IMG/VR virus record: IMGVR_UViG_3300021387_000661
Span: 1-64,000 of that record
From: a virus
Taxonomy: Duplodnaviria; Caudoviricetes
DNA: 64,000 nucleotides
Reading direction: 5' to 3' (one strand)
Below, one piece after another: positions 18,875 to 27,753 of the stretch. A program made the translations under genes and the position numbers. The stretch's first letter is position 1. Each line of letters opens with the position of its first letter. The notes under the pieces are model-generated. The model had not been told where the DNA came from. It saw nothing but the letters and a program-made list of their open reading frames with translations, and did no database searches.

Positions 18875-19549
18875 ATGGATAGTAAATTGTACAATGACAT
18901 TGGTAAGGCAGTAAAGATTGCTAAGAAAAATGGAGGAACACTTACAGAACAGAATCTATTATATGTTGTCAAGATTGCAACAGATATATCAAACAGGACT
19001 GGTGTTGATTTTGATTCTCTTCTTGCAGAGGGTGTGATTGCAATGATGAAGGCAGAAGAAAATTATGACCCTTCAAAGAATGACAAGTTTGTAAAATCAG
19101 CGGCAATGTCAGTTAGGGGTTATATGTTGAATTATTTAAACAGACAAGGATCACTTGTTCATATCCCGGCAAATCATATGAAGGGATTCAAGAAAGGGCA
19201 GGACAGACTTGAGTCATCAAAGATAGAATATTGTGAATTGGATGCAACAGATTATGATTCATTAGGTTATGTAGATAATTCTTACTTTAATGTTGACCGG
19301 GAGGCAATCCTTGAGGAGGGATTAAAGACACTTGAACCAAATGGTAGGATTGCAATTGAAATGAAATTACATCTTGGAAAGTATGCTGAAATAATTCCAA
19401 GTCCAAATAAAGATAAAATAGTATATAAGTATGGTAATTCAATGCAGTCTATTGCAGATGAACTGGAGGTACCACTTAACACGGCAAATAAGATATTCAA
19501 AGATGCTATGACAAAGTTATCCAAATATTGTCAAGCTGCTAGTGCATAA
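18875..19549 (+). CDS. sigma70-family-like factor (regions 2 and 4, atypical)
   Basis: DSLLAEGVIAMMKAEENYDP..KF...VRGYM...LVHIP resembles region 2; SMQSIADELEV...KDAMTKL resembles the region 4 HTH. Confidence 0.75.
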   Translation: MDSKLYNDIGKAVKIAKKNGGTLTEQNLLYVVKIATDISNRTGVDFDSLLAEGVIAMMKAEENYDPSKNDKFVKSAAMSVRGYMLNYLNRQGSLVHIPANHMKGFKKGQDRLESSKIEYCELDATDYDSLGYVDNSYFNVDREAILEEGLKTLEPNGRIAIEMKLHLGKYAEIIPSPNKDKIVYKYGNSMQSIADELEVPLNTANKIFKDAMTKLSKYCQAASA

Positions 19550-19561
19550 AGAAATAACGAT

Positions 19562-19954
19562 ATGAAATTTGACATAAACAATATTCTTGGAGTACATAAA
19601 TTAACTGGCGTTTCATATTCATCTTCAGAAGAAGGATATGTCTTTGAAATTGATGGTAAATTATATTTAATATATGAAGACTATCCAGATAAATACAGGT
19701 CTGAATGTGCCATTATGCAAGTTGAAACTGATGAATTTGAAAAAATCACAAGGTTTCCTCCACAGGAAGTTAATATATGTATAGGAGACTATTATGATGG
19801 TGAATATATGTCAGGTATTTGTTTTGAATCATTAGATATATTAAATAAAGAAGACAATTCACTTATACTTCGAGGGTGGACTGAAGACTGGCAAGATTAT
19901 TATCCAAGTGCTCAATTTTCATATTATCCAGAAAATTTATCTATAAATAAATGA
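19562..19954 (+). CDS. hypothetical protein
   Basis: ORF with typical codon usage, followed by a terminator. Confidence 0.6.
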   Translation: MKFDINNILGVHKLTGVSYSSSEEGYVFEIDGKLYLIYEDYPDKYRSECAIMQVETDEFEKITRFPPQEVNICIGDYYDGEYMSGICFESLDILNKEDNSLILRGWTEDWQDYYPSAQFSYYPENLSINK

Positions 19955-19996
19955 TAGAAAGGATGGTACAAGCCATCCTTTCTTCATAAATATAGT

Positions 19997-20194
19997 ATGT
20001 GGTTTAATTTATTCAAACATAAAAAGAAAGAGGAAGAACCATCAAGGACATTTGATGGTAAGTTTATTTCTGATGATGAGATAAATGAAATGATTAGACC
20101 CAAAAGGGGTACATTCATAAAGAAGGAGTTTGAAGAAATCAATGAAATGTTAAAGAATATCAAAGAACAAATTGATGGAGATGGAAGAGAATAA
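19997..20194 (+). CDS. small hypothetical protein
   Basis: directly after CATAAATA at 19985. Confidence 0.5.
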   Translation: MWFNLFKHKKKEEEPSRTFDGKFISDDEINEMIRPKRGTFIKKEFEEINEMLKNIKEQIDGDGRE

Positions 20195-20771
20195 AGATAT
20201 AATCAGAGATAGTATTGCAGATTTGTTGAGTGACAATGACATCAATCTTATAGATGATATAGATTCACAGACATTGACATTCAACAAGACACCTTCTACA
20301 CTTACCAATACAAACAGGGTTACATTAGAACAGTCCAGGAAGAAAGCAAAGGGTGTGATGGAAGCACTTTTGAGGGTTTATCTGTCTGATAATTTCATTT
20401 CAAAGAGTGAATATGCCCAGGCAAAGGTAAACCTGGATTCAATGACTCTTGGTAATATTATGAACCAGATGGAGATAAGTCAAAGGGCAATCAACATACT
20501 TATGGACAATATTGAACTTGGTGATGTGAATCCAAAGTTATTTGAAGTACTTGGTAAACTCCAGGGTACATTTATTGAACTGGTGAAGACACAGACCAAT
20601 TATATTGTGAATGCAAGTGATGAGTATGAGAAGCTGGCCTTGGATAAGGATGGTGATATGATTGAAGTAAGTGCTTCGCCGGCAAAGGAGATCTCATCTG
20701 GATTCAAGTCAAGCAGTCAGAAGGACTTGATGAGGTTAATCAGGAATGTTTCAGATAAGGAAGACAAGTAA
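20175..20771 (+). CDS. putative terminase small subunit (T4 gp16-like)
   Basis: NPKLFEVLGKL and C-terminal SSQKDLMRLI resemble gp16 HPR.YEV and GST.EL motifs; in a late operon. Confidence 0.5.
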   Translation: MEMEENKDIIRDSIADLLSDNDINLIDDIDSQTLTFNKTPSTLTNTNRVTLEQSRKKAKGVMEALLRVYLSDNFISKSEYAQAKVNLDSMTLGNIMNQMEISQRAINILMDNIELGDVNPKLFEVLGKLQGTFIELVKTQTNYIVNASDEYEKLALDKDGDMIEVSASPAKEISSGFKSSSQKDLMRLIRNVSDKEDK

Positions 20772-21313
20772 TGGTAAGGACTTATAATATTGGAACAGAG
20801 TGTTATGCTCTTATAACATCTCCCAATGAACCTGAATTTCTTTTACCTGTCAAGGTTGTTCTGTTGGAGAAATATACACAGAACAGTAGAACAACATACA
20901 AGGTGAAGATAAGGGAGATATTTGAAGCAGACATCAATTATCTTAAGGAACATTTTGGAAGTGTTAAGGTATCAATGAATCTGAAGTCTGCAAACCTTAC
21001 TACCTTATTGAGGAAGAGTGAGGTTGATTCAATAAAGACTATGAGTGAACTTCTTCAGAAACTCAATGACAAATCATTTTATCTGGAGGAAAATTATATA
21101 ACACTTGATAAGAATGGTTTGATTGATATTTACAATAAGTTTGTCAAATATATCATCAATTATCATTTCAGGAAACTGTATCAACTCACAAGTAGGAGTT
21201 TCATAGTCAATCAACCTGTATATAATAACCAGAAGGATGTTTTTTTGAGGAGAGTGGAACAGTTGGGATTTGGAGATATATTCAAAAAATATGATTTGAA
21301 ATTAGATATTTAG
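20771..21313 (+). CDS. hypothetical protein
   Basis: TAATG coupling with the upstream gene. Confidence 0.65.
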   Translation: MVRTYNIGTECYALITSPNEPEFLLPVKVVLLEKYTQNSRTTYKVKIREIFEADINYLKEHFGSVKVSMNLKSANLTTLLRKSEVDSIKTMSELLQKLNDKSFYLEENYITLDKNGLIDIYNKFVKYIINYHFRKLYQLTSRSFIVNQPVYNNQKDVFLRRVEQLGFGDIFKKYDLKLDI

Positions 21314-21368
21314 GAGGCCAGGGAGACCTCCTTTTTTCATAAATACCTATATAATCCATATTGTATCA

Positions 21369-23246
21369 ATGGGTAATAAGGTAATTGAATCAAATATTAT
21401 AGAATATACAGGTATAAAGGATATATCAGGATTTACCTGTGTGATTATACCAGAAGAAAATGAATCATCATATTTTGAGAAGGAGTTTAGATATTCTTCA
21501 GATAAGATATTGTGGTCAGATTTTAAACCATTGACCAATAAAAATCTTTCAGCGGTAAAGAGGTATGATGATAAAATTTATATACAGTATAGGTTTAAGC
21601 AAGTGGGAGATATAGATTTATCTGTTGAAAGTATATCTCTTGATGTTGATTATGTAAATGATAATGAAAGTCCAATACCAGACTGTTTCTGGAATAAAAC
21701 AACATCTACACCACAGATAGTTTATAATCAGAGTACTGGTAGTAATTTATTTAATCCTTATTCTGTTGGTCAGTCATTAAATATATACAACCAGATGTCT
21801 ACACTTATATCTAATATGTTTGGTATATGTGTTCTTTATTTTAAGACTGAACCAAATGCAAAGAGTAGAGATGTTGTATTAAAAGAATACAGTATAGAAA
21901 AGGTTATAGATAAACAGAATGTAAAAGTTTTGGTGCCAGATAATAATCTTCCAACCAGGGAACTTCAATTCAATTCAATGATGATAGACTATCCTATTTC
22001 GTGGGAGTGTCACATTGTCAAGTCAGAATTCTGGAAAGTCTTTGGAGAGGGTTCACATCCAGATCCACATGATTATCTTTACTTCAGTACATATATGAAT
22101 AAGATGTATATGGTAGATTCTGTATCTGACCCAGATGACTTTGGTTATGTTGCATCATATTGGAGGGTAAGTCTTGTACCTTACCAGGAGATGAAGTCTG
22201 TACAGTTTGATAATGATAATCTTATGGAAGACACAGAGAGTCTTATTTTCTCTGCTGAAGGTAAGTTTGAGGAAGAGATGAAGGAAGAGATTGCTGATAA
22301 CAGGAAGGATAATCAACTCAATGATGTTAATGATTTGGCAGAAGGCCAGGATGGATTGAGAAGGATACTTCACGAAAACGTCAGAATCATTGAAGAAAAC
22401 ATATATAATGACTGGACTGTTGTTGCAAAGCAGTATTATAATCTGACCACCATAGACAGGGGAGATATTGCAGTTGAATATAAGTATAGTGGTTTATCTT
22501 CTTCGGATGAGAGGATGATAACATTTGCTTTTAGACCAACCAATATGAATAATGTGTCAGATAATGTTATGCTGGATTCTGTGGTTGATAATGGTGGAAA
22601 GGTTAGACTTAAGGTGAAGACTTGGAACAAACTTCTTGACACTGGAAATATGATTAAAATTTCAAGGGTGTCTGGACTTAATGGTTGGCACAGGATTTCC
22701 AATATTGACAAGAGGAAGTTATTTGTTGATATTGATGTTGATTATAATGATACAATGAAAGTTCTTTCTTGTGGGAAGTTGGTCAGTTATGAGGCCAATG
22801 GGTGTGTATGTGTGGGTGATGGGTTTGAAATAATTCAGATGCCTGATAAGATGGTGGTGAGGATCAATGGAAAGAACTATGATTATATGTTCGATAATTT
22901 CTCATCTTTTGAATCCAAGTGGTATTTCTGTGTACTTGGAATGAAGAGAGGTATGTCCAATATGTGGTTGTATGAAGTCAGGGGAAGTGATGTGTTGAAC
23001 AATTCACATAGTGAGATAGAGTTGATAGGTGTGGCAAGTAATGACCTTGATTCATTTAATGTTAAGGGTTATTATGACATCAGGGGATGTGGACTTCATC
23101 TTACCAATTTCAGATTATGGAGTAAATTGTGTGGTGAGGATTTGCATAAGCTTATATTAAGTCAGTATGTTATTGATGATACTCATAACACATTGATTGT
23201 TGATAATGCTCAAAATGAATTACTTGTAAATTATAAATGGAGTTAA
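21369..23246 (+). CDS. putative neck/head-completion protein (gp14-like core) with beta-sandwich C-terminal region
   Basis: NMFGICVLYFK...DVVLKEYS, FGEG..P...DYLY; after a late promoter. Confidence 0.5.
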   Translation: MGNKVIESNIIEYTGIKDISGFTCVIIPEENESSYFEKEFRYSSDKILWSDFKPLTNKNLSAVKRYDDKIYIQYRFKQVGDIDLSVESISLDVDYVNDNESPIPDCFWNKTTSTPQIVYNQSTGSNLFNPYSVGQSLNIYNQMSTLISNMFGICVLYFKTEPNAKSRDVVLKEYSIEKVIDKQNVKVLVPDNNLPTRELQFNSMMIDYPISWECHIVKSEFWKVFGEGSHPDPHDYLYFSTYMNKMYMVDSVSDPDDFGYVASYWRVSLVPYQEMKSVQFDNDNLMEDTESLIFSAEGKFEEEMKEEIADNRKDNQLNDVNDLAEGQDGLRRILHENVRIIEENIYNDWTVVAKQYYNLTTIDRGDIAVEYKYSGLSSSDERMITFAFRPTNMNNVSDNVMLDSVVDNGGKVRLKVKTWNKLLDTGNMIKISRVSGLNGWHRISNIDKRKLFVDIDVDYNDTMKVLSCGKLVSYEANGCVCVGDGFEIIQMPDKMVVRINGKNYDYMFDNFSSFESKWYFCVLGMKRGMSNMWLYEVRGSDVLNNSHSEIELIGVASNDLDSFNVKGYYDIRGCGLHLTNFRLWSKLCGEDLHKLILSQYVIDDTHNTLIVDNAQNELLVNYKWS

Positions 23247-23249
23247 TGT

Positions 23250-25934
23250 ATGGCAGAAGTTATTAATACAGGAATGAGAAAGGGCATAAAGGCAATGTGT
23301 GTGACCTGTCAGACTATGCAGTTCATTTCATTGATGCCCAAACCCAAAGATTTTGTTACAAGGATAGTTGGGGATGTGGTTTATTTATCTTCACAGGTTA
23401 AGAAGTTATCTGATGAGATGAATAAGATGTTGGATAGTTATGCGGAGATTCCAGGTAATTATCTGATGACACAGATGAATAGTATTACTGGTTCTTTATC
23501 AAGTATTGTCAACAGGGTGGGAGATTATGCCACCAATACTGTGAATCAAACTGTGGGTCTTGCAGAAAATGCTGTCAATACTGTAACAGAATTGACAGGG
23601 TCAGTGATAGACACTACTGGAGAACTGACAAAATCTATTATTAGTTTGGGAGGTGAGGTTGCTCATTCTACATCTACCATACTTGGGAATACAGATTTTG
23701 CAACAGATATTCATAGTGGTACCGAGATTGTTCTTGAATGGACAAGTGATGGATTTAAAAATGTTAATGAATATGCAACATCTCCATTAAAGTCTGCAAC
23801 ACAGAAATTGGTGGATGCAAGGACAACTGCTACTAATAAAATCAATGATGTGACAACTACTGTGACAGACAAGATTAGTGAAACACAGAAATGGGTTGAG
23901 ACACTTATCACGGAGTTGAGAGACAAAATGAAGGAACTTGAAAATAAAATAGATTCAGGATTTAAAGATGTCACAGGTATAAGTTCCATTTCCAAAGGTA
24001 CAAATGCAGTTACAGAAGCATTAGCACAGTCTGATAATAACAGTCCATCTGCACAATTGACCAGTGCTGTTGCCTCTACAATTTCAGAAGTTTTAAAGAA
24101 TTTCAGTATTGGTAAAATGGTTTCTGCTTTTGCCGGGGTACTTACACAATCACTTATTGTTAGAATGGGATTGGATAAATTACCTCCAATTGATTTTGAA
24201 TCAATGTTGTGTAGTATAAGGGATGATATGACTATTTCCAATGAGGAGTTATATGAACAGTATAATACATTATTGGATTCTACATATGATGATTATATCA
24301 AATTTGGTGAAGAGGCAAATAAGATTCCATCTGAAGAACGGAATTATAGTGATAAAAACTATAAGGAGTTCATAAGTAAATATGATTCCACTCTCAAGAA
24401 GCAGAGGGATGACATAAGAACACTTATGAAATATTCCTCAAACCATAAGGATGAAAAGGAGACTGGATATATTGATACATTGACCAGAAAGGAAATAAAG
24501 TCTGCCATCAAAGAGGTTAATAAATACAGGAATCAAATTAAAAATGCAAGACAGACAAGTACATTGAAGGGTATTATAGGTAATGAACTTGATAATCTAA
24601 AGAAAGAAGCAGAATATAGATGTAATACACTTAAGTCAGACTGGAAATCTATGATGGATCAATACAAGGAATCCATTAAAGAGATAAAAAGGTTTTTCAC
24701 CAATGGCGGATCTTGTGATATGTTTATAGAGGATTGCTGCAAACAGATAAACAAAGATTGTGATGATATAAAGGAAATATGTAAAAATCTTATAACCCAA
24801 CTTGTATCCAGTTCCATAAAGGTGGCGATGCCTGCTGATATTGGTCCGTGTGTTCCAAATCCAGGATATAAGATTCCTGATTTCTTGTTGGATATAAAGA
24901 CTATTTTAAAATTCATAAAAGACCTTTTGACACTTATTATTGATATTATAAACAATGTCAATAAATTAGCAAGACTGATGTTGAATGGTTTGAATAATCT
25001 TGTTGAAATAATCAAGCAGATTATGGAACTGATTGGTCTTAAGTGGTTGATGAATCTGATTCAAAGTATTATAGATTTCTTTGGTGATAACATAAAGAAT
25101 TCCAGATTGATGTTGGAAAATACTTTGACACCTATATATTTTCATGACACTGTGGAATATGATAATGCTATGGATGCGTTGGAAGATTTTGTTAATAATT
25201 CTAAATTAACAGATGCCAATGAAAAGGCCTTAAATGATGTTGAAGGTATGTTAAACTCAATGATACCTGGAGTTAGCAAGAAGCAAGGTAATGAAATAAA
25301 CAAACTGATAAATAATATTCAAAATATTCAAAATATTCAAAATAAAAATGAAGATATTGAAGAGTTGATTGAGAAGCTGGAGGAACAGGGAGAAATAGTC
25401 ATAGCATATAAATCACCTATTTTGGATGCATCTTATTCAGATACTACTGTGTCTGGGATAATTGATGGTGAAAAAATGGATAATGACATTAAATTCATAG
25501 GTTGGCGTTTCTATCATCCTGATCTCAATCATACAGGTGACAGGTATTATGATTCTGAAGGTTTAATAAATAAACTCATTAAGAAGATAAAAAGCAAGAT
25601 TATTAAAAAGGCATCAAAGACTGGTCATAAATTGTCTGGCGGTGTCAATATGTTGAATCAAAAGACTGTTGGATGGAAGAAGAAAATAGATACTGCATAT
25701 ACAGCTTTTTATTGGTATACTTATTATACTGAAGACCTGGAGAAAGAGTGTTTTGAAAGTAAGACTAGACAGGGTAGTACCATAATTGACAGTGTTATTC
25801 AGACACAAAATGGTTCCATTGTAGAAATCACCAAAACAGATGGTACCAAGCAGAAGGTGTTTGTTGCAAATAATATGGTTAGGAAAGGTGATTATATTAA
25901 TGTTGATGGTGTTAAATATAGGGTAAATAGATAA
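23250..25934 (+). CDS. large alpha-helical hypothetical structural protein
   Basis: 894-aa ORF in a late operon. Confidence 0.6.
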   Translation: MAEVINTGMRKGIKAMCVTCQTMQFISLMPKPKDFVTRIVGDVVYLSSQVKKLSDEMNKMLDSYAEIPGNYLMTQMNSITGSLSSIVNRVGDYATNTVNQTVGLAENAVNTVTELTGSVIDTTGELTKSIISLGGEVAHSTSTILGNTDFATDIHSGTEIVLEWTSDGFKNVNEYATSPLKSATQKLVDARTTATNKINDVTTTVTDKISETQKWVETLITELRDKMKELENKIDSGFKDVTGISSISKGTNAVTEALAQSDNNSPSAQLTSAVASTISEVLKNFSIGKMVSAFAGVLTQSLIVRMGLDKLPPIDFESMLCSIRDDMTISNEELYEQYNTLLDSTYDDYIKFGEEANKIPSEERNYSDKNYKEFISKYDSTLKKQRDDIRTLMKYSSNHKDEKETGYIDTLTRKEIKSAIKEVNKYRNQIKNARQTSTLKGIIGNELDNLKKEAEYRCNTLKSDWKSMMDQYKESIKEIKRFFTNGGSCDMFIEDCCKQINKDCDDIKEICKNLITQLVSSSIKVAMPADIGPCVPNPGYKIPDFLLDIKTILKFIKDLLTLIIDIINNVNKLARLMLNGLNNLVEIIKQIMELIGLKWLMNLIQSIIDFFGDNIKNSRLMLENTLTPIYFHDTVEYDNAMDALEDFVNNSKLTDANEKALNDVEGMLNSMIPGVSKKQGNEINKLINNIQNIQNIQNKNEDIEELIEKLEEQGEIVIAYKSPILDASYSDTTVSGIIDGEKMDNDIKFIGWRFYHPDLNHTGDRYYDSEGLINKLIKKIKSKIIKKASKTGHKLSGGVNMLNQKTVGWKKKIDTAYTAFYWYTYYTEDLEKECFESKTRQGSTIIDSVIQTQNGSIVEITKTDGTKQKVFVANNMVRKGDYINVDGVKYRVNR

Positions 25935-25935
25935 T

Positions 25936-27738
25936 ATGGACATACAAAAGTTATATAAAACAATATTTCCAATAGGTGGAGTAGATGATAATAATAAGTA
26001 TATTGACTTACCTGGTGATAAGATAAACACAGTTCAGTTGATTGAACCTACAAAGAGTGTTAAAGAGTTTCTGATAAGTCCTGCTTATTATAAGGGAGAC
26101 TTCATCCCTATATATAAGTTTGCATATAGAATACCTCTTGTATCCATTAATGATTATATGATTGACCAGACAAGTCTTTGTAAATTTAGTTTGGATTATA
26201 GTGGATTCCTCCCAATGGTAACATTTGAATTTATTGATAACTATAACAGTATATTATCAACGAATGTACCAAAGGATGGAAGTATTATCAAAGTTTATAT
26301 AGGCGGTAATGGTGATGAACTTTACTATAAGCCTATCCGCCAGGATTTCATTTTGACAAGTATAAGGAAGATTGCAGGTGGAGACCAGAATAAAGGAAAT
26401 GTTTTCAGGTATAGGGTATATGGAAAATTAAATGTACCTTATGGATACAGGAAAGAATCTTGGTGTAGCGGTGAATGTACTGCTATGCAGGCTTTGTTTA
26501 ATATTGCAGCATGGATTGGTCTTGGGTTTGCAACCAACTTCACGAAAACCAACACACTTGACAAGATGAATTGGAGGAATGATGAAAACAGTACATATTT
26601 TGATTTTATTGAAAATATAACAACCCATGCCTGTTATTCCCCAAATACATTCTTTACATCATTTATAGACCAGTATAATGTACTAAATTTTGTGGAATGT
26701 CATAGTCTTTTGTCACATGGAGGTAAGAAGACTGATACCCCGGCAATGATTTATAATACTTTCCCTCCTGATGATTATCCAAAGTATAATCCTGACACTC
26801 CTAAAACAACATTAAATCAATTACCTATAAAAGAGGGTACTGATCCAATGAATAACAAGTATCAGAGATTAAGTTATTATTTTATATCCAATAATGAGAT
26901 ATTTGACAGTTGGACAAACTGTATAGAGGAATATCAGGACATCACAAACAGTAATTCTTCAATATCTGAAGGGTTTAAAACACATGTTGTATATTCTGAT
27001 TCCAATGTTGATAATTGGGGTTCATCCATTTGTGATTTTTTAATAAGACCTATTGATAATCTCAAGAGAGATCCTACAACACAGAAGATACAATCCATAC
27101 CTATTGAACCTGATGAGAATTCATACATACCATTGAATTTGATGCAGATGTCAAATAAAGATTATCTTGCTGAACAGTCTGGTGTTGATAATATGACAAA
27201 TGTGGAATCTTTTAATAATTTTGGAGAGGTTGATACATCCAATATGTTTAAGCAATATTATTTTGCAGAGGTTCAGAACAGGTATCAGATGAAATGTTTA
27301 AAGAAGTGTGGATTGAAAGTAAGACTTCAAAATTACAATCCTGCCATTACAAAATTCAGCAGGATTTGGGTGGATATTTATGAAAAGAACAGATTCTCAT
27401 CACTTAAAGAATCGACAATTTATGATTCAGATAAAAAATTTGAATCAAACCAAGATTATCTGCTTTATAAACAAAATAAAAATGAGGATATACTTTCTTT
27501 TCCAGGGGAGGCAAGTAAAGATAAATATGGTACATATAACAGAGGATTATCTGGATGGTATGTTGTAACTGAAATGGAAATATATTATGATGCTCAAGAT
27601 AATAATTTAAAGATGAATTTAACTTTAAACAGGATTGAATATAAGCCTTGTTTTAAAGAGGAATATGTTTCTGCAAAAAAAGCAATAGATAAATATAAAG
27701 AGGAAAATGTCATAACAGACATATTGTTATATAAATAA
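25936..27738 (+). CDS. putative baseplate hub-like protein
   Basis: C-terminal LSGWYVVTEM...LTLNR typical of hub proteins; structural operon context. Confidence 0.4.
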   Translation: MDIQKLYKTIFPIGGVDDNNKYIDLPGDKINTVQLIEPTKSVKEFLISPAYYKGDFIPIYKFAYRIPLVSINDYMIDQTSLCKFSLDYSGFLPMVTFEFIDNYNSILSTNVPKDGSIIKVYIGGNGDELYYKPIRQDFILTSIRKIAGGDQNKGNVFRYRVYGKLNVPYGYRKESWCSGECTAMQALFNIAAWIGLGFATNFTKTNTLDKMNWRNDENSTYFDFIENITTHACYSPNTFFTSFIDQYNVLNFVECHSLLSHGGKKTDTPAMIYNTFPPDDYPKYNPDTPKTTLNQLPIKEGTDPMNNKYQRLSYYFISNNEIFDSWTNCIEEYQDITNSNSSISEGFKTHVVYSDSNVDNWGSSICDFLIRPIDNLKRDPTTQKIQSIPIEPDENSYIPLNLMQMSNKDYLAEQSGVDNMTNVESFNNFGEVDTSNMFKQYYFAEVQNRYQMKCLKKCGLKVRLQNYNPAITKFSRIWVDIYEKNRFSSLKESTIYDSDKKFESNQDYLLYKQNKNEDILSFPGEASKDKYGTYNRGLSGWYVVTEMEIYYDAQDNNLKMNLTLNRIEYKPCFKEEYVSAKKAIDKYKEENVITDILLYK

Positions 27739-27753
27739 TATCCAGTTAGATTT

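Noticed and set aside
25314-25343. AATATTCAA x3 microrepeat (NIQNIQNIQ) as a phase-variation tract
   Set aside because: The 9-nt unit preserves frame and has only three copies; most likely a neutral slippage.
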